64,000 nucleotides of DNA from a virus. A model generated the notes under the pieces. That model was not told the DNA's origin. It searched no databases and was given only the letters and a program-made list of their open reading frames with translations. The stretch covers positions 1-64,000 of IMG/VR virus record IMGVR_UViG_3300025122_000009; one strand, given 5' to 3'. The position numbers and the translations under genes are program-made. Below, piece by piece: positions 26,984-37,771 of this stretch. Numbering within the stretch: the first letter of the stretch is position 1; the number at the start of each line of letters is the position of its first letter.

Positions 26984-27583
26984 ATGCCTAAACAACTTCT
27001 CAGAGAATACTATGAATTGTGTGAGGGTGGAATTTGCCAAGATTTGTTAACAGAGGAAGAAAAGCGCTTTGTTAAAAATGGCGGCATGATTTTGTCTGGA
27101 AAACTTCAAGAAGCCGAGGCTCAAAATGGAAATGGCCGCGTTTATCCGATTGCCACACTTCAGAGAGAAATGAAAAATTACCAAAAAGTAATAGACGACC
27201 GCCGCGCCCTAGGCGAGTTAGATCATCCGGATGATTCAGTTATTAATTTAAAGAACGCTTCTCACTTGGTCACTGAAGCGTGGTGGGATGGAAATAGCGT
27301 GATGGGCAAAGTACGAATTTTGGACACTCCTTCTGGGGGTGTGTTAAAATCTCTAGTTAATTCAGGAGTTTCTCTCGGCATTTCCTCCCGAGGCTTAGGT
27401 TCTGTGACCGAAGCTAACGGGCGCACACTGGTGGAAGATGATTTTCAATTGATATGTTTTGATTTTGTTTCAGAACCTTCCACCACCGGCGCTTACATGG
27501 CTCTTCAAGAGGGGGCTGCTAAACAGATTTTTTCGAAGACAGATAGAATTAATAGGGCGCTCAACAGCGTACTGGAGAAATAG
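26984..27583 (+). CDS. Prohead protease (gp21-like)
   Basis: NGRVYP, ALGELDHP, GISSRGLGS, FDFVSEPST motifs. Confidence 0.93.
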   Translation: MPKQLLREYYELCEGGICQDLLTEEEKRFVKNGGMILSGKLQEAEAQNGNGRVYPIATLQREMKNYQKVIDDRRALGELDHPDDSVINLKNASHLVTEAWWDGNSVMGKVRILDTPSGGVLKSLVNSGVSLGISSRGLGSVTEANGRTLVEDDFQLICFDFVSEPSTTGAYMALQEGAAKQIFSKTDRINRALNSVLEK

Positions 27584-28015
27584 ATGAAGAAGTCGGACCT
27601 TAAAAGACTTATTAAACCCATTGTGCAAGAGTGCATACAAGAATCACTTTTGGAAGATGGGGTTTTGTCTCGGGTCATATCTGAAGTAATGATGGGGCTA
27701 GCTCCCCAGGCGCAATTAGTTAGCGAAGACAGGGAAAGGGCGCCCACTCACCAGGCCAAGCCGAGGGGTGAAAGCGAAGTACTGCAGCAACTTAAACAAC
27801 AAAGACACCAGATGTTAGATAGCATTGGTACCACGTCCTACAACGGGGTCAATCTGTTTGAAGGTACTGACCCTCTAAGCAGCGCTGGCACACCTGGAGA
27901 GGCGGCATCACCCACGTCACCCCTGTCGGGTATCGACGCACGAGATCCCGGTGTAGATATTTCGTCGTTGGCTGGCGTCTTTGGGAACACATGGAAGGCA
28001 ATTGGGAATGGCTAA
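27584..28015 (+). CDS. Hypothetical protein with leader-like N-terminus
   Basis: MKKSDLKRLIKPIVQECIQESLLE. Confidence 0.6.
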   Translation: MKKSDLKRLIKPIVQECIQESLLEDGVLSRVISEVMMGLAPQAQLVSEDRERAPTHQAKPRGESEVLQQLKQQRHQMLDSIGTTSYNGVNLFEGTDPLSSAGTPGEAASPTSPLSGIDARDPGVDISSLAGVFGNTWKAIGNG

Positions 28016-28238
28016 GAACGTGAATGTAAGTGTAGAGAGAAGAGAAGGGGAGACTGTAGAGAGGCTCCTTAGACGGTTTGTGAAGAGAGTGAAAAAAGAA
28101 GGTATTTTAGAAGAATATCGCGAGAGGCAGTATTATGAGAAGCCTTCTGACAAAAAGAGAAGAATTAAAAGTGGACAAAAACGCATCGCCCAGCGAAAAC
28201 AAGAAGAACAAAAAAAAGATTTAGAGAGGAAAAATTAA
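28008..28238 (+). CDS. rpsU: Phage-encoded ribosomal protein bS21
   Basis: ETVERLLRRFVKRVKKEGILEEYRERQYYEKPSDKKRR matches the bS21 signature; likely start ATG 28008. Confidence 0.88.
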   Translation: MAKNVNVSVERREGETVERLLRRFVKRVKKEGILEEYRERQYYEKPSDKKRRIKSGQKRIAQRKQEEQKKDLERKN

Positions 28239-28676
28239 ATGGCTTATTACCAACAAAAGAAGGGGCTAGGAAATGTGGGTTCATACCAAATATCAAGCAT
28301 CCCGTATGCCACGTCCTCGATTACGGTTCCCCACTTGTCCGAAGGCACTCCACTAAGAGTTGATTTTCCGATGGTGTCGAAATTTGTAACTGTTGTCAAC
28401 TCAGGATCGACTAGCGGCGATGGGCGCATGCGAGTGGGATTTTCGTCTTTAGGAGTGACGGGATCAGAAGTGTCTGTTGGGGGTATTTCGGGTCAGAATT
28501 ATTATTTTACTTTAGAGGAAGGAAATTCCTATACGGCCGATTGGCGCGTAGAGAGTCTATATTTGATGATGGATAACGTACACCACGGGGGGACAGCCAG
28601 TGTTATTGCCGGCCTTACAGGAATTTCAAGCGGCTCAATTTCCGCCAATTGGTCGGGCACCATAGGGGTTGGGTGA
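28239..28676 (+). CDS. Hypothetical virion protein
   Basis: G/S/T-rich beta-type ORF in the head module. Confidence 0.55.
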   Translation: MAYYQQKKGLGNVGSYQISSIPYATSSITVPHLSEGTPLRVDFPMVSKFVTVVNSGSTSGDGRMRVGFSSLGVTGSEVSVGGISGQNYYFTLEEGNSYTADWRVESLYLMMDNVHHGGTASVIAGLTGISSGSISANWSGTIGVG

Positions 28677-28759
28677 TACGACCGCTGTCCCTTATATTTA
28701 GCAAGCCTTTAGCCTTATAGCTTCTTAAGTTAAAAAACAGTCATTTAACTATTTTAAAC

Positions 28760-28767
28760 ACTATTTA
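28760..28767 (+). promoter_or_regulatory. Putative late promoter for scaffold-capsid operon
   Basis: ACTATTTA in AT-rich intergenic region. Confidence 0.6.
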
Positions 28768-28815
28768 TAAACGATGTAAATTAATTTAGTTTTGCCAAGT
28801 CGAAGGAGCACTAAA

Positions 28816-29838
28816 ATGTCAACAATGTTAGAGCAAGCGATTCTGGATGCGGAAGCCCTTAAAGAGGCTGCTGTCAAGAATGCTGAACAGATTGTGATCG
28901 AAAAATACCAAACGGAAATAAAAGAAGCAGTTGAGACCCTTCTAGAGCAACCTGAAGATGATCCTTTCGGGGACCCCCTCGATCCCCTAGGGGGGGAAGA
29001 AGCAGTCCCGGAAACAGATGAAGAGTTGGCACAGCAGATTCCCCTGGCCTCTACGGAAGGAGAAAAATTATGCCCGTGCCCTGGAGAGGAAGAAGAAATT
29101 GAAATCGATTTCGATCAATTGGCTGCGCAAATGAAAGCCGAAGACGAGGAAGGGGAAGAAGATACGGACGCCGCGCTAGAGATAGGCTCTCCGCTGATGG
29201 AAGGCGAAGAAGAAGTAGAACTTAACGAAGACGAACTTATAGACATTTTAGAAGAATTAACTTTGGACATGGAAGCTACTCAATCCGGATGGATGAACCG
29301 GCCTACCTATGAAATTGAGCATGAGGTAGACAAATTACAAGCCAAAACGCCTGTAGAACTGGATATCGAGGTGGATGAAGAAGAGGTGGCTAAGTCTACT
29401 ACATATTTGAGCGAGTCTTTAGAAGAGGCAAAAAAACAAATTAATAAATTAAAAAATAATATTATGGAACGTACAGAAGAAAACGTGAAATATAAACAAA
29501 TACTTTTGCAAATGCGAGATACTTTAAATGAAGTTAATCTTCAAAATGCAAAGTTGCTCTATACAAACCAAGCTTTGGGTGACGACTCCCTGAATGAGCG
29601 GCAACGTAAAACTATTGCCGAGGCCATCTCAAAAGCCGGTTCTGTAGCAGAGGCTAAGACAATTTTCGAAGCACTTCAGAGCACGGTGGGTAAAGCTTCC
29701 GTTTCAAGGCGAAGAGCGCCAAAATCACTAGGCGAGGCTGTTGAGAGAAGGTCTATAACACTTCCCCATAACAGGGGACAAAAAGCCAAGGCCGATCATT
29801 TTTCTGATCGGTTGAAGCTTTTAGCTGGTATTAAATAA
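28816..29838 (+). CDS. Prohead core/scaffolding protein
   Basis: Very acidic then coiled-coil; directly before MCP; AAGGAG RBS for ATG 28816; C-terminal RLKLLAGIK. Confidence 0.75.
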   Translation: MSTMLEQAILDAEALKEAAVKNAEQIVIEKYQTEIKEAVETLLEQPEDDPFGDPLDPLGGEEAVPETDEELAQQIPLASTEGEKLCPCPGEEEEIEIDFDQLAAQMKAEDEEGEEDTDAALEIGSPLMEGEEEVELNEDELIDILEELTLDMEATQSGWMNRPTYEIEHEVDKLQAKTPVELDIEVDEEEVAKSTTYLSESLEEAKKQINKLKNNIMERTEENVKYKQILLQMRDTLNEVNLQNAKLLYTNQALGDDSLNERQRKTIAEAISKAGSVAEAKTIFEALQSTVGKASVSRRRAPKSLGEAVERRSITLPHNRGQKAKADHFSDRLKLLAGIK

Positions 29839-29859
29839 CTTAATGGAGGATTAAACAAA

Positions 29860-31806
29860 ATGTCAGTATTAGATAGATTAACAGAAGGTGTTGTTAATCG
29901 CAATCTCCAGAAAGAAGGTGCCGCTTTGCTTAATAAGTGGGAAAAGACTGGACTTCTTGAAGGGATGGGCGATGAGAACGCCAAATCGGGTATGGCCCGA
30001 CTGCTTGAAAACCAAGCAAAAGAGCTTCTTCGTGAAGCTAGTTCCATGGCAGCGGGCGATGTTCAAGGATTCGCCGCAGTTGCTTTTCCAATCGTGCGCC
30101 GAGTTTTTGGCTCTTTGATTGCAAATGATCTCGTGTCGGTTCAACCAATGAGCTTGCCATCGGGCCTCATTTTCTTCCTTGATTTTACTTTTGCGAATCG
30201 CAAGCTTGATCAGGGTTTGAACACCTCGCTGTATGGCGGTGGCCGTGTGGCTTCCCAAATTACGGGCGGTGTTGTTCTTACCGACCAGAATGCTGAAAGG
30301 AGCTTTTATGCGCTCAATCAGGGCTATTCGTCTCCAACTGGGGCGGGGCGGCAGGATATGGTTCTCATCGCTTCTGGCGTTGTTGGAAGTAATTTCCGCG
30401 ACGATGCGCCTATCTCAGCGAGCGGTCCTGTGACAGCCGCCTCTTATGGTGGCGGCAATATTGCTACGAACTTGTCTAAGTTGTGTCAGTATGATCCTGA
30501 CTTGGAAGGTAAATCAGTTGTTGTTTACACGATGCCATCGAACTTAACTGCTGTTGGCAGCGACGGCGACGGCCAATCCGCTACTTTCGCTCAATTTAAT
30601 CGTAATGATATGATCACAATTGACTTTAACGATGGTGGCAATCCTTGGTGTACTGCCGATGGTCAAAACACTGGTGAGGGCGTCGTTTGTCGTCATGTCC
30701 GACGCTTGACAGATCTCGTGGGAGCGAGTGCAGCAGACGCCGGCTTGGCATTGAATGCGTTGCCTATCAATAGTGCTGCCAGCAACTTGGTTCTTGTTTT
30801 CGAGAGCACCTCTAGTGTCGGCAGCGAAATTATTACAGCAGACATGACGCAATCTATTAATCGTGGCGGCGCCCGTTCTGGCCCCCATAGGCGGACTAAT
30901 TTCGCGACCTGTAGTTTTGCCATTACTGACCAATTTAACAACGTTGGTGCAGGTGCTATTGGTGCTGTCGTGGGTGCGAACGCCTGGGGTTTGGAAGAAC
31001 CCAAGCCGTCAACCGGACTGTCCGGTTCCGGCGATGCCAAAAACGTAATTCCTGAGATTGATATCAAAGTGGATAGTGTTGCGGTGACGGCGATTACTAA
31101 AAAGCTCAAAGCTAAGTGGTCTCCAGAGCTTGGACAGGATCTGCAAGCATATCACAACCTTGATGCCGAAGTCGAACTTACGAGTATTCTTTCTGAGCAA
31201 ATTGCTTTGGAAATTGATCGTGAGATTTTGGAAGATCTTATCAAAGGTGCTACTGCTGAAACTTATTATTGGAGTCGGCGTCCCGGTTTATTCGTAAATC
31301 GCAACACCGGAGCGGACACTAGTAATGGGGCCAATCCTCCCGACTTTACGGGTACTGTGTCTGAGTGGTATGAGACACTTCTGGAAACAGTCAATGACGT
31401 TTCCGCTCAGATTCACCGTAAGACGCTTCGTGGTGGGGCAAACTTCTTGGTTTGCAGCCCCGAAGTGGCGAATCTCCTTGAGTTTACCACCGGTTTCCGC
31501 GCAAGCGTGACCGCTGATACCCCCAAGGGCACAGCCGGGGCAATTAAGGTGGGTCAAATTAGCAAGAAGTGGGACATTTATGTTGATCCGTACTTCGTGC
31601 GTAATGTGATTCTAGTTGGTCGTAAGGGCGGTAGCTTCCTCGAAAGTGGATATGTTTACTCACCCTACGTTCCACTCCAGGTCACTCCCACTATCTTTGG
31701 TACGGAAGATTTCGTACCGCGTAAAGGGGTTATGACTCGTTACGCTAAGAAGATGGTCCGACCCGATATGTATGGCTTGGTTATTATTCAAAATCTTCTT
31801 GGCTAA
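29860..31806 (+). CDS. Major capsid protein (gp23-like)
   Basis: LLENQ, VSVQPMSLPSGLIF, KKLKAKWSPELGQDLQAYH, EIDREI, YSPYVPL, GVMTRY motifs. Confidence 0.95.
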   Translation: MSVLDRLTEGVVNRNLQKEGAALLNKWEKTGLLEGMGDENAKSGMARLLENQAKELLREASSMAAGDVQGFAAVAFPIVRRVFGSLIANDLVSVQPMSLPSGLIFFLDFTFANRKLDQGLNTSLYGGGRVASQITGGVVLTDQNAERSFYALNQGYSSPTGAGRQDMVLIASGVVGSNFRDDAPISASGPVTAASYGGGNIATNLSKLCQYDPDLEGKSVVVYTMPSNLTAVGSDGDGQSATFAQFNRNDMITIDFNDGGNPWCTADGQNTGEGVVCRHVRRLTDLVGASAADAGLALNALPINSAASNLVLVFESTSSVGSEIITADMTQSINRGGARSGPHRRTNFATCSFAITDQFNNVGAGAIGAVVGANAWGLEEPKPSTGLSGSGDAKNVIPEIDIKVDSVAVTAITKKLKAKWSPELGQDLQAYHNLDAEVELTSILSEQIALEIDREILEDLIKGATAETYYWSRRPGLFVNRNTGADTSNGANPPDFTGTVSEWYETLLETVNDVSAQIHRKTLRGGANFLVCSPEVANLLEFTTGFRASVTADTPKGTAGAIKVGQISKKWDIYVDPYFVRNVILVGRKGGSFLESGYVYSPYVPLQVTPTIFGTEDFVPRKGVMTRYAKKMVRPDMYGLVIIQNLLG

Positions 31807-31836
31807 GATTAAGTAATAACTGAGAGTCGTATCTCG

Positions 31837-31869
31837 CCCCACTTTCGCTTGTCGAAAGTGGGGTTTTTT
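31837..31869 (+). terminator. Intrinsic terminator after the capsid gene
   Basis: CCCCACTTTCG-CTTGT-CGAAAGTGGGG then TTTTTT. Confidence 0.9.
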
Positions 31870-31918
31870 ATTTCTATTAATAAAAGCCAAATCTATTTAC
31901 TAGCGGAGGATTATATTT

Positions 31919-33208
31919 ATGGCAGTCCCAACTTTGACACCAGCTAGCGTAGTGAGTGCTGTTGTGTTGCCGGTCACAGGCACATATACCAACGTTAATT
32001 CACCCACCAACCCACTTCCTTTCGGGATTTATTGCCAAAGTGAATTGGAAAGTAGTACTCTGGCGTTTGTTTCGGGCGCCGTAGACCAAGTGGCATACGT
32101 GTATAAAAAGTTGGGTGGTGATGTATTAGATTTAGAGATAACAGAATATCAAGTTTATGCTGCTTACGAAGAATCTGTTTTAGAATACTCCTATATTATT
32201 AATTCGCATCAAGCTAAAAATGTTTTATCCGACGTTTTAGGCAATACTACGGCTTCTTTTAACGAGGACGGCCAGATCATGCCCGGGGATGAATTATCAG
32301 GCTCCCAGGTGGAACTAAAATATCCTAAGTTCACTTATACCTATTCACGTAGAATTGCTGATGGTATTTCTACAGAGGCCAATATCGGAGGGTCAGAAAA
32401 CATTTACTCGGCATCTTTTTTTATGACGGGCGGCATTCAGGATTATGATTTACAGACAATAATTTCAAGTAGTGCAAACAATACTGCACGACCTTACTAC
32501 AATTTGGTTAAAAATAATAAAATTACTGTAAGAAAAGTTTATTATAGAACTCCTCGCTCGATGTGGCGATTTTATGGGTATTATGGGGGGATGAATGTTG
32601 TTGGCAACATGTCCACTTACGGGCAATTTGCCGATGATTCTACTTTTCAGATAGTGCCCGTTTGGCAGAACAAGGCCCAGGCCATGGCCTACGAAGATGC
32701 TATTTATACTCGTGTTTCACATTGGTCCTATGAAATTAAAAATAATAATTTAAGGTTGTTTCCCATTCCTACGAGCAATTACTCCCCGGAGAAATTTTGG
32801 ATTGAATTTACAGTCCAAACAGATGCCTGGGTTGACGACGCAGATTCTAAAACGGGGACTGATGGCATAAACAACATGAATACGATGCCTTTTGAGAATA
32901 TTCCATATGTTAACATTAATAGTATCGGGAAACAGTGGATACGTAGATTTGCTTTGGCGTTATCAAAAGAGATGCTAGGACAAGTGAGGAGCAAATTTGC
33001 TACCATCCCTATCCCTAATGAGTCGGTGACTTTAAATGGGGATGCTTTGGTTACACAAGGAAAAGAAGAGCAAGAGAAATTACGAGAAGAATTAAAAACA
33101 TTATTAGATGAACTTACTTACAATAAATTAGCGGAACAAGATGCTGCTTTGGTAGATTCTTCAAATAAAGTAATGCAGCAAATTCCTTTTGGGGTCTTTG
33201 TGGGGTAA
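31919..33208 (+). CDS. Neck / head-tail adaptor (gp13-like)
   Basis: KLGGDVLDLEIT; WIRRFALALSKEMLGQVRSKF; VTLNGDALV; TCTATTTA upstream at 31892-31899. Confidence 0.8.
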   Translation: MAVPTLTPASVVSAVVLPVTGTYTNVNSPTNPLPFGIYCQSELESSTLAFVSGAVDQVAYVYKKLGGDVLDLEITEYQVYAAYEESVLEYSYIINSHQAKNVLSDVLGNTTASFNEDGQIMPGDELSGSQVELKYPKFTYTYSRRIADGISTEANIGGSENIYSASFFMTGGIQDYDLQTIISSSANNTARPYYNLVKNNKITVRKVYYRTPRSMWRFYGYYGGMNVVGNMSTYGQFADDSTFQIVPVWQNKAQAMAYEDAIYTRVSHWSYEIKNNNLRLFPIPTSNYSPEKFWIEFTVQTDAWVDDADSKTGTDGINNMNTMPFENIPYVNINSIGKQWIRRFALALSKEMLGQVRSKFATIPIPNESVTLNGDALVTQGKEEQEKLREELKTLLDELTYNKLAEQDAALVDSSNKVMQQIPFGVFVG

Positions 33209-33213
33209 TATGA

Positions 33214-33732
33214 ATGACACAAAACAAATGGAGCCAGCCCGACCAGCCGCCACCGCCCTTGTTTATGGGGCAAAAGGAACGCAATCTTGTTAAGCAAGTC
33301 AACGATGAACTCATTGAAAGAGTTATCGGGCAACAAGTTTTATATTATCCCATTAGTATAGATCACACGGACTTTCACGATATTTATGGGGAAGCGATAA
33401 GAAAAACATTTCTTCCTCCAATCCGAGTATACGCCCTTGTAGAGTGGAATGGGTATGAAACTGAGAATACTCACATGGGGGTTCACAGGCGCCCGTCTGT
33501 GGTGATCCATTTTCATCATCGAAGACTAACACAAGACCAAGATCTATATGTGCGAGAAGGAGATTTTGTTTTATATGGACAGTCATATTACGAAATCGTA
33601 TCAACGGATGAACCAAAAGAATTATTTGGGCAAAATGCTCACAAGGTGGAAATAAGCGCGCAATGTATTAAAGCCCGTCAAAGTTTGTTTGATGCTGGTG
33701 GAATAATAGGAAACCCCAACTCTTATCCTTAA
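33214..33732 (+). CDS. Neck / head-closure protein (gp14-like)
   Basis: GQQVLYYP, DIYGE, REGDFVLY motifs; position after gp13-like gene. Confidence 0.7.
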   Translation: MTQNKWSQPDQPPPPLFMGQKERNLVKQVNDELIERVIGQQVLYYPISIDHTDFHDIYGEAIRKTFLPPIRVYALVEWNGYETENTHMGVHRRPSVVIHFHHRRLTQDQDLYVREGDFVLYGQSYYEIVSTDEPKELFGQNAHKVEISAQCIKARQSLFDAGGIIGNPNSYP

Positions 33733-33747
33733 AGGAAAAAAGTAGAG

Positions 33748-34689
33748 ATGACAAAAACAGTAGAAAATCTCCCCTATCATGTCTCCACAATCGAGACGAT
33801 TGATGGTGCTTTCTGGGACCACATTCAAGATATGAATATTCATGTCATTGGGAACCAAGGGTGGAAAAAAATGCCGGTGATATGGGCTTCCGCCGAACGG
33901 GCTTATCAGATCAAGCATAACCAGGACCTTAGAGATCCGGATGGGAGTCTTATCCTTCCTATTTTGACCATCGAGCGAACGGCTGTTGAAAAGAGCCTGT
34001 CTAAAAAAGGGAGCTTCTTTGGCTATGTGCCGTACCTTTATCCTGACGGCAAGCGTGACGGAGTTACGGTCGCTCGACAAATGAACCAAGCTAAGACGGG
34101 CGATTTTGAAAACGCTTTATCCAAATATCATACTACTAAAAGTAATTCTCCTCGCCCTCCGACCAAGACGGTTTACAAATATGCGTCGGTACCGATGCCC
34201 GTCTATTTATATATCACTTATGCAGTCACAATACGGACTCAATACCAGCAGCAGATGAATCAGGCCATGGCTCCTTTCTGGACGGACACCGGAGGAATTA
34301 ATTATTTTACTATTTTTAAAGATGGTCATAATTTTGAAGCCTTCATAGCCGAAAGCTTTGGCCAAGAGAACAATTTTTCTAATATGGGAACTGATGAGCG
34401 AACCATTGAAACAAAATTCGATATTAATGTTTTGGGATATGTGATTGGAGCAGATGCAAACCAGGAGACCCCCAAGGTGGTAGTGAGAGAAAGCGTGGTG
34501 GACGTTAAATATACTAATGAAAGAGCTATATTTGGGCAAATCCCGCAAGGCATAAGCCAAGCTGAGTGGGGTGCCTATTGTGGGGTTCCAAATCACAGAT
34601 CTGAGAGAGTTAATAATCCGGGAACCGGCAAGAATCCTGGTGCCCCGGGCTTCCCCCTTCCTTGTGAGGATTTTTTGGACGAGGGTTAA
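33748..34689 (+). CDS. Tail terminator / sheath stabiliser (gp15-like)
   Basis: PVIWASAER, ILPILTIER, PMPVYLYITY...QMNQ motifs; position before sheath. Confidence 0.65.
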   Translation: MTKTVENLPYHVSTIETIDGAFWDHIQDMNIHVIGNQGWKKMPVIWASAERAYQIKHNQDLRDPDGSLILPILTIERTAVEKSLSKKGSFFGYVPYLYPDGKRDGVTVARQMNQAKTGDFENALSKYHTTKSNSPRPPTKTVYKYASVPMPVYLYITYAVTIRTQYQQQMNQAMAPFWTDTGGINYFTIFKDGHNFEAFIAESFGQENNFSNMGTDERTIETKFDINVLGYVIGADANQETPKVVVRESVVDVKYTNERAIFGQIPQGISQAEWGAYCGVPNHRSERVNNPGTGKNPGAPGFPLPCEDFLDEG

Positions 34690-34796
34690 TATAAAAAACA
34701 TATTTGTTTAGAGTTTTTGGTCAAGTAAGGAACTAATTATAAGGAGAAATTATTGTAAATAAAGCTATTAGTTGCAGTTAAAAGGAGAACAACAAG

Positions 34797-37760
34797 ATGT
34801 CAATTAAGCAATTTAAATTTGTATCCCCGGGTGTTTTTGTCAACGAGATTGACAATTCTTTTCTTCCGGAGATCCCAGACAAGGTTGGCCCTGTCGTCAT
34901 CGGCAGAACAGAGCGCGGCCCTGCGATGGAGCCTTATAAGGTTAATTCTTTTGCGGAATTTGTAAATGTTTTCGGCAATCCTATTCCCGGCGGCTCGGGC
35001 AAGGATGTATGGAGATACGGAAACTACACTTCTCCCACCTATGCAGCTTATGCTGCTCAAGCTTATTTGCGAAATAGCGCTCCTGTTACTGTTGTTCGCC
35101 TATTGGGCGATGCCAATCCCGGCGCCACCGCCGCATCCGGAAAAGCTGGGTGGAAAACCAATCACGCATATAATAGCTTCGTCGGCGGCGGCGCATTTGG
35201 TCTGTGGATAGCCCCCTCGTCTTCCCTCCAAGACAACATTACCGGCACTTTAGCCGCTGTTTGGTATATGGACAGAGGGTCGATCTACTTGAGTGGCACT
35301 AGAGCAGATGAGGGCGATGGCGCCGCAGGCGCCGCCCACGGACAGGGGGTGGCTGTAAAGAGCAGCAATTCCCCCTATGGGTTTAAAGCGATGGTTTATC
35401 AAGGCCCTGCCGGCGTGCACTCGGCCAACGCCGACCTGGCGACCGAGTTTAATTTTAACCCCAATAGCAGCAAGTTCATTCGTAAGGTTTTTAACACTAA
35501 TCCTACTTTGACAAATACTAATATTGGGCCATCGACTACAACAACCGCATCTTATTGGCTTGGCCCGACGTATGAGAACTGGCTTGGTAATCCCTACGCG
35601 GGTCACAACGTCACCTCCTCTGTCGGTTCTTATTGGGGAGTTATTTTACCCTTGAGAAACGCCGCTGAGAGCGTAGACGAATCGGATAACCAAGTGCAAA
35701 TGACCACAGCCCAAACTGATTGGGTTTTCTCGCAGGATTTGGGGCAAGGTCCGAGCGCGACTGGTTCATATACATATGGCCAGATGCAAAATTTATTTAA
35801 ATTTTATGCGTTGAATAGCGGGTTGTGGGAAGGACAGCGGTTTAAGATCGCGATTCAAGATATTAAAGCTTCGACTAATAGTGCCTATCCTTACGGATCG
35901 TTTTCGGTTGTTGTTCGGAACGCGAAAGACAGCGATTCTGCGATTGAATATATAGAAAGATTTTCTCAATGTAGTTTAGATCCCCAATCCCCCAATTATA
36001 TAGCTAGAAAAATTGGGGATGTTTATAAGGTATGGAACTACGAAGAAGGAAGATACAGGGAGTACGGAAACTACAAGAATCGTTCAAAATATATCCGAGT
36101 TGGAATGAACGAGCAAGTAGATGGCGCCTTTACAAACGAAATGTTTTTGCCTTGGGGATACCGGGGGCCAACCAAATATGGGCCCTGGTTCTTTTTGAGT
36201 GGTGGGGTGGATGCATTTACAACTGCGGGGGGTAGTACCGCAACGACGGTACCTGTCACGGGCGGCCAGACCGTTGCGGGCGAAGCTGAAGGTTGGACTG
36301 GTATCGATGGTCAGTTAATCTCGTATACCCCCCGCGTTGCCGCCGGGGCACAATCAATCATGTTTGTGACTCCTTCGATCTTGGCTCGAACTTCTAGCTT
36401 GACAGCACCGAATCCTTCTAAGGCATATTGGGGTGCCACGGCTCAAGTTCATGGCAAGCCAGCAGAATTTGATTATAATTGGTACGACTATGTGCGCGCC
36501 CTGAACGCGAATGTTGTGGGAGCACAACATTCGGAAACCCATGCGATGTTTAGTGCGCTGACAAGATCATTTATATTTAGTTTGGATGACTTATCTGCTT
36601 CGGTTAATTATGCCGGAGGTCCCGGACAATCAACCACTTCTCAAGTAAATGATATGGGATGGCAACAAGGTGCTCGTGCGAAAGGAGTGTCCTATCGCGG
36701 AACCGGATCGTATAGCGAACTTTTGAAGCGTGGATTCGACCAGTTTGTGATACCTCTTTACGGAGGTGCTAATGGGCTTGACATTCATGAAATGGATCCA
36801 TTTAGAAACAGTAAGATGGGTGCCACGAGTGTTAACGAGACCACAAGCTATGAATATAATAGTATTAAAAGGGCCATTGAATCGGTGACCGATCCCGAAG
36901 TGGTAGATTGCAATATTATCACGATGCCGGGTCTTACACTTCCAGGGTTAAACCAGAGGTTGCTACGCGCCGCTGAATCCCGAGCGGATTCTTTGGCTGT
37001 TATCGATCTTCCTGGTGGCTATCAGCCAAAAACTGAAGCAGTTGGTAGCGAGCAAGATAGAATGGGCAGTATAGATGGCGTAATCCAGGGACTCGAAGAC
37101 ATGCAAGAAAATACGAGTTACGGATGTGCGTATTACCCATGGGTTCAGATAAGAGACCCACAAAATAATGCTATGTTTTGGGCACCACCATCTATTGCTG
37201 CGTTGGGAGTTATGGCCAATACCGAAAAGAAAGCGGAATTGTGGTTTGCTCCTGCGGGCTTTAACCGAGGAGGATTAACAATTGGCGCAGCGGGCATTCC
37301 CATTACCAATGCACGCACAAAGCTTTCTTCAAAGGAGAGAGATAAGCTGTATGAGGCCAATATTAATCCTATTGCGTCTTTCCCAAGTGAAGGTCTTGTG
37401 GTCTTTGGCCAGAAAACTTTACAGGTTCAGACGTCAGCATTAGATAGAATTAATGTGCGTCGTCTCATGAACTTCATTAAGAAAGAAGTATCACGCATGG
37501 CGGCCACTGTGTTGTTTGACCAAAATGTGCCGGCTACTTGGAATCGCTTCTTAAGCAAAGTTAATCCATTCTTGAGATCTGTTAAAGCTCGTTTTGGGTT
37601 GCAAGATTTTAAAGTTGTTTTGGATAGCACTACTACAACTCCGGAGTTGATTGATAGAAATATTATGTATGCTAAGATTTTCTTGAAACCAACACGAGCT
37701 ATTGAGTTTATTGCTATTGACTTTAATATCTCAAATAGCGGAGCGGCGTTTGCCGATTAA
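34797..37760 (+). CDS. Tail sheath protein (gp18-like)
   Basis: FVSPGVFVNEID N-terminus; YYPW, WFAPAGFNRG, INPI, GQKTLQ, DRINVRRL; ACTAATTA at 34732-34739. Confidence 0.95.
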   Translation: MSIKQFKFVSPGVFVNEIDNSFLPEIPDKVGPVVIGRTERGPAMEPYKVNSFAEFVNVFGNPIPGGSGKDVWRYGNYTSPTYAAYAAQAYLRNSAPVTVVRLLGDANPGATAASGKAGWKTNHAYNSFVGGGAFGLWIAPSSSLQDNITGTLAAVWYMDRGSIYLSGTRADEGDGAAGAAHGQGVAVKSSNSPYGFKAMVYQGPAGVHSANADLATEFNFNPNSSKFIRKVFNTNPTLTNTNIGPSTTTTASYWLGPTYENWLGNPYAGHNVTSSVGSYWGVILPLRNAAESVDESDNQVQMTTAQTDWVFSQDLGQGPSATGSYTYGQMQNLFKFYALNSGLWEGQRFKIAIQDIKASTNSAYPYGSFSVVVRNAKDSDSAIEYIERFSQCSLDPQSPNYIARKIGDVYKVWNYEEGRYREYGNYKNRSKYIRVGMNEQVDGAFTNEMFLPWGYRGPTKYGPWFFLSGGVDAFTTAGGSTATTVPVTGGQTVAGEAEGWTGIDGQLISYTPRVAAGAQSIMFVTPSILARTSSLTAPNPSKAYWGATAQVHGKPAEFDYNWYDYVRALNANVVGAQHSETHAMFSALTRSFIFSLDDLSASVNYAGGPGQSTTSQVNDMGWQQGARAKGVSYRGTGSYSELLKRGFDQFVIPLYGGANGLDIHEMDPFRNSKMGATSVNETTSYEYNSIKRAIESVTDPEVVDCNIITMPGLTLPGLNQRLLRAAESRADSLAVIDLPGGYQPKTEAVGSEQDRMGSIDGVIQGLEDMQENTSYGCAYYPWVQIRDPQNNAMFWAPPSIAALGVMANTEKKAELWFAPAGFNRGGLTIGAAGIPITNARTKLSSKERDKLYEANINPIASFPSEGLVVFGQKTLQVQTSALDRINVRRLMNFIKKEVSRMAATVLFDQNVPATWNRFLSKVNPFLRSVKARFGLQDFKVVLDSTTTTPELIDRNIMYAKIFLKPTRAIEFIAIDFNISNSGAAFAD

Positions 37761-37771
37761 TTAAAAAAATG

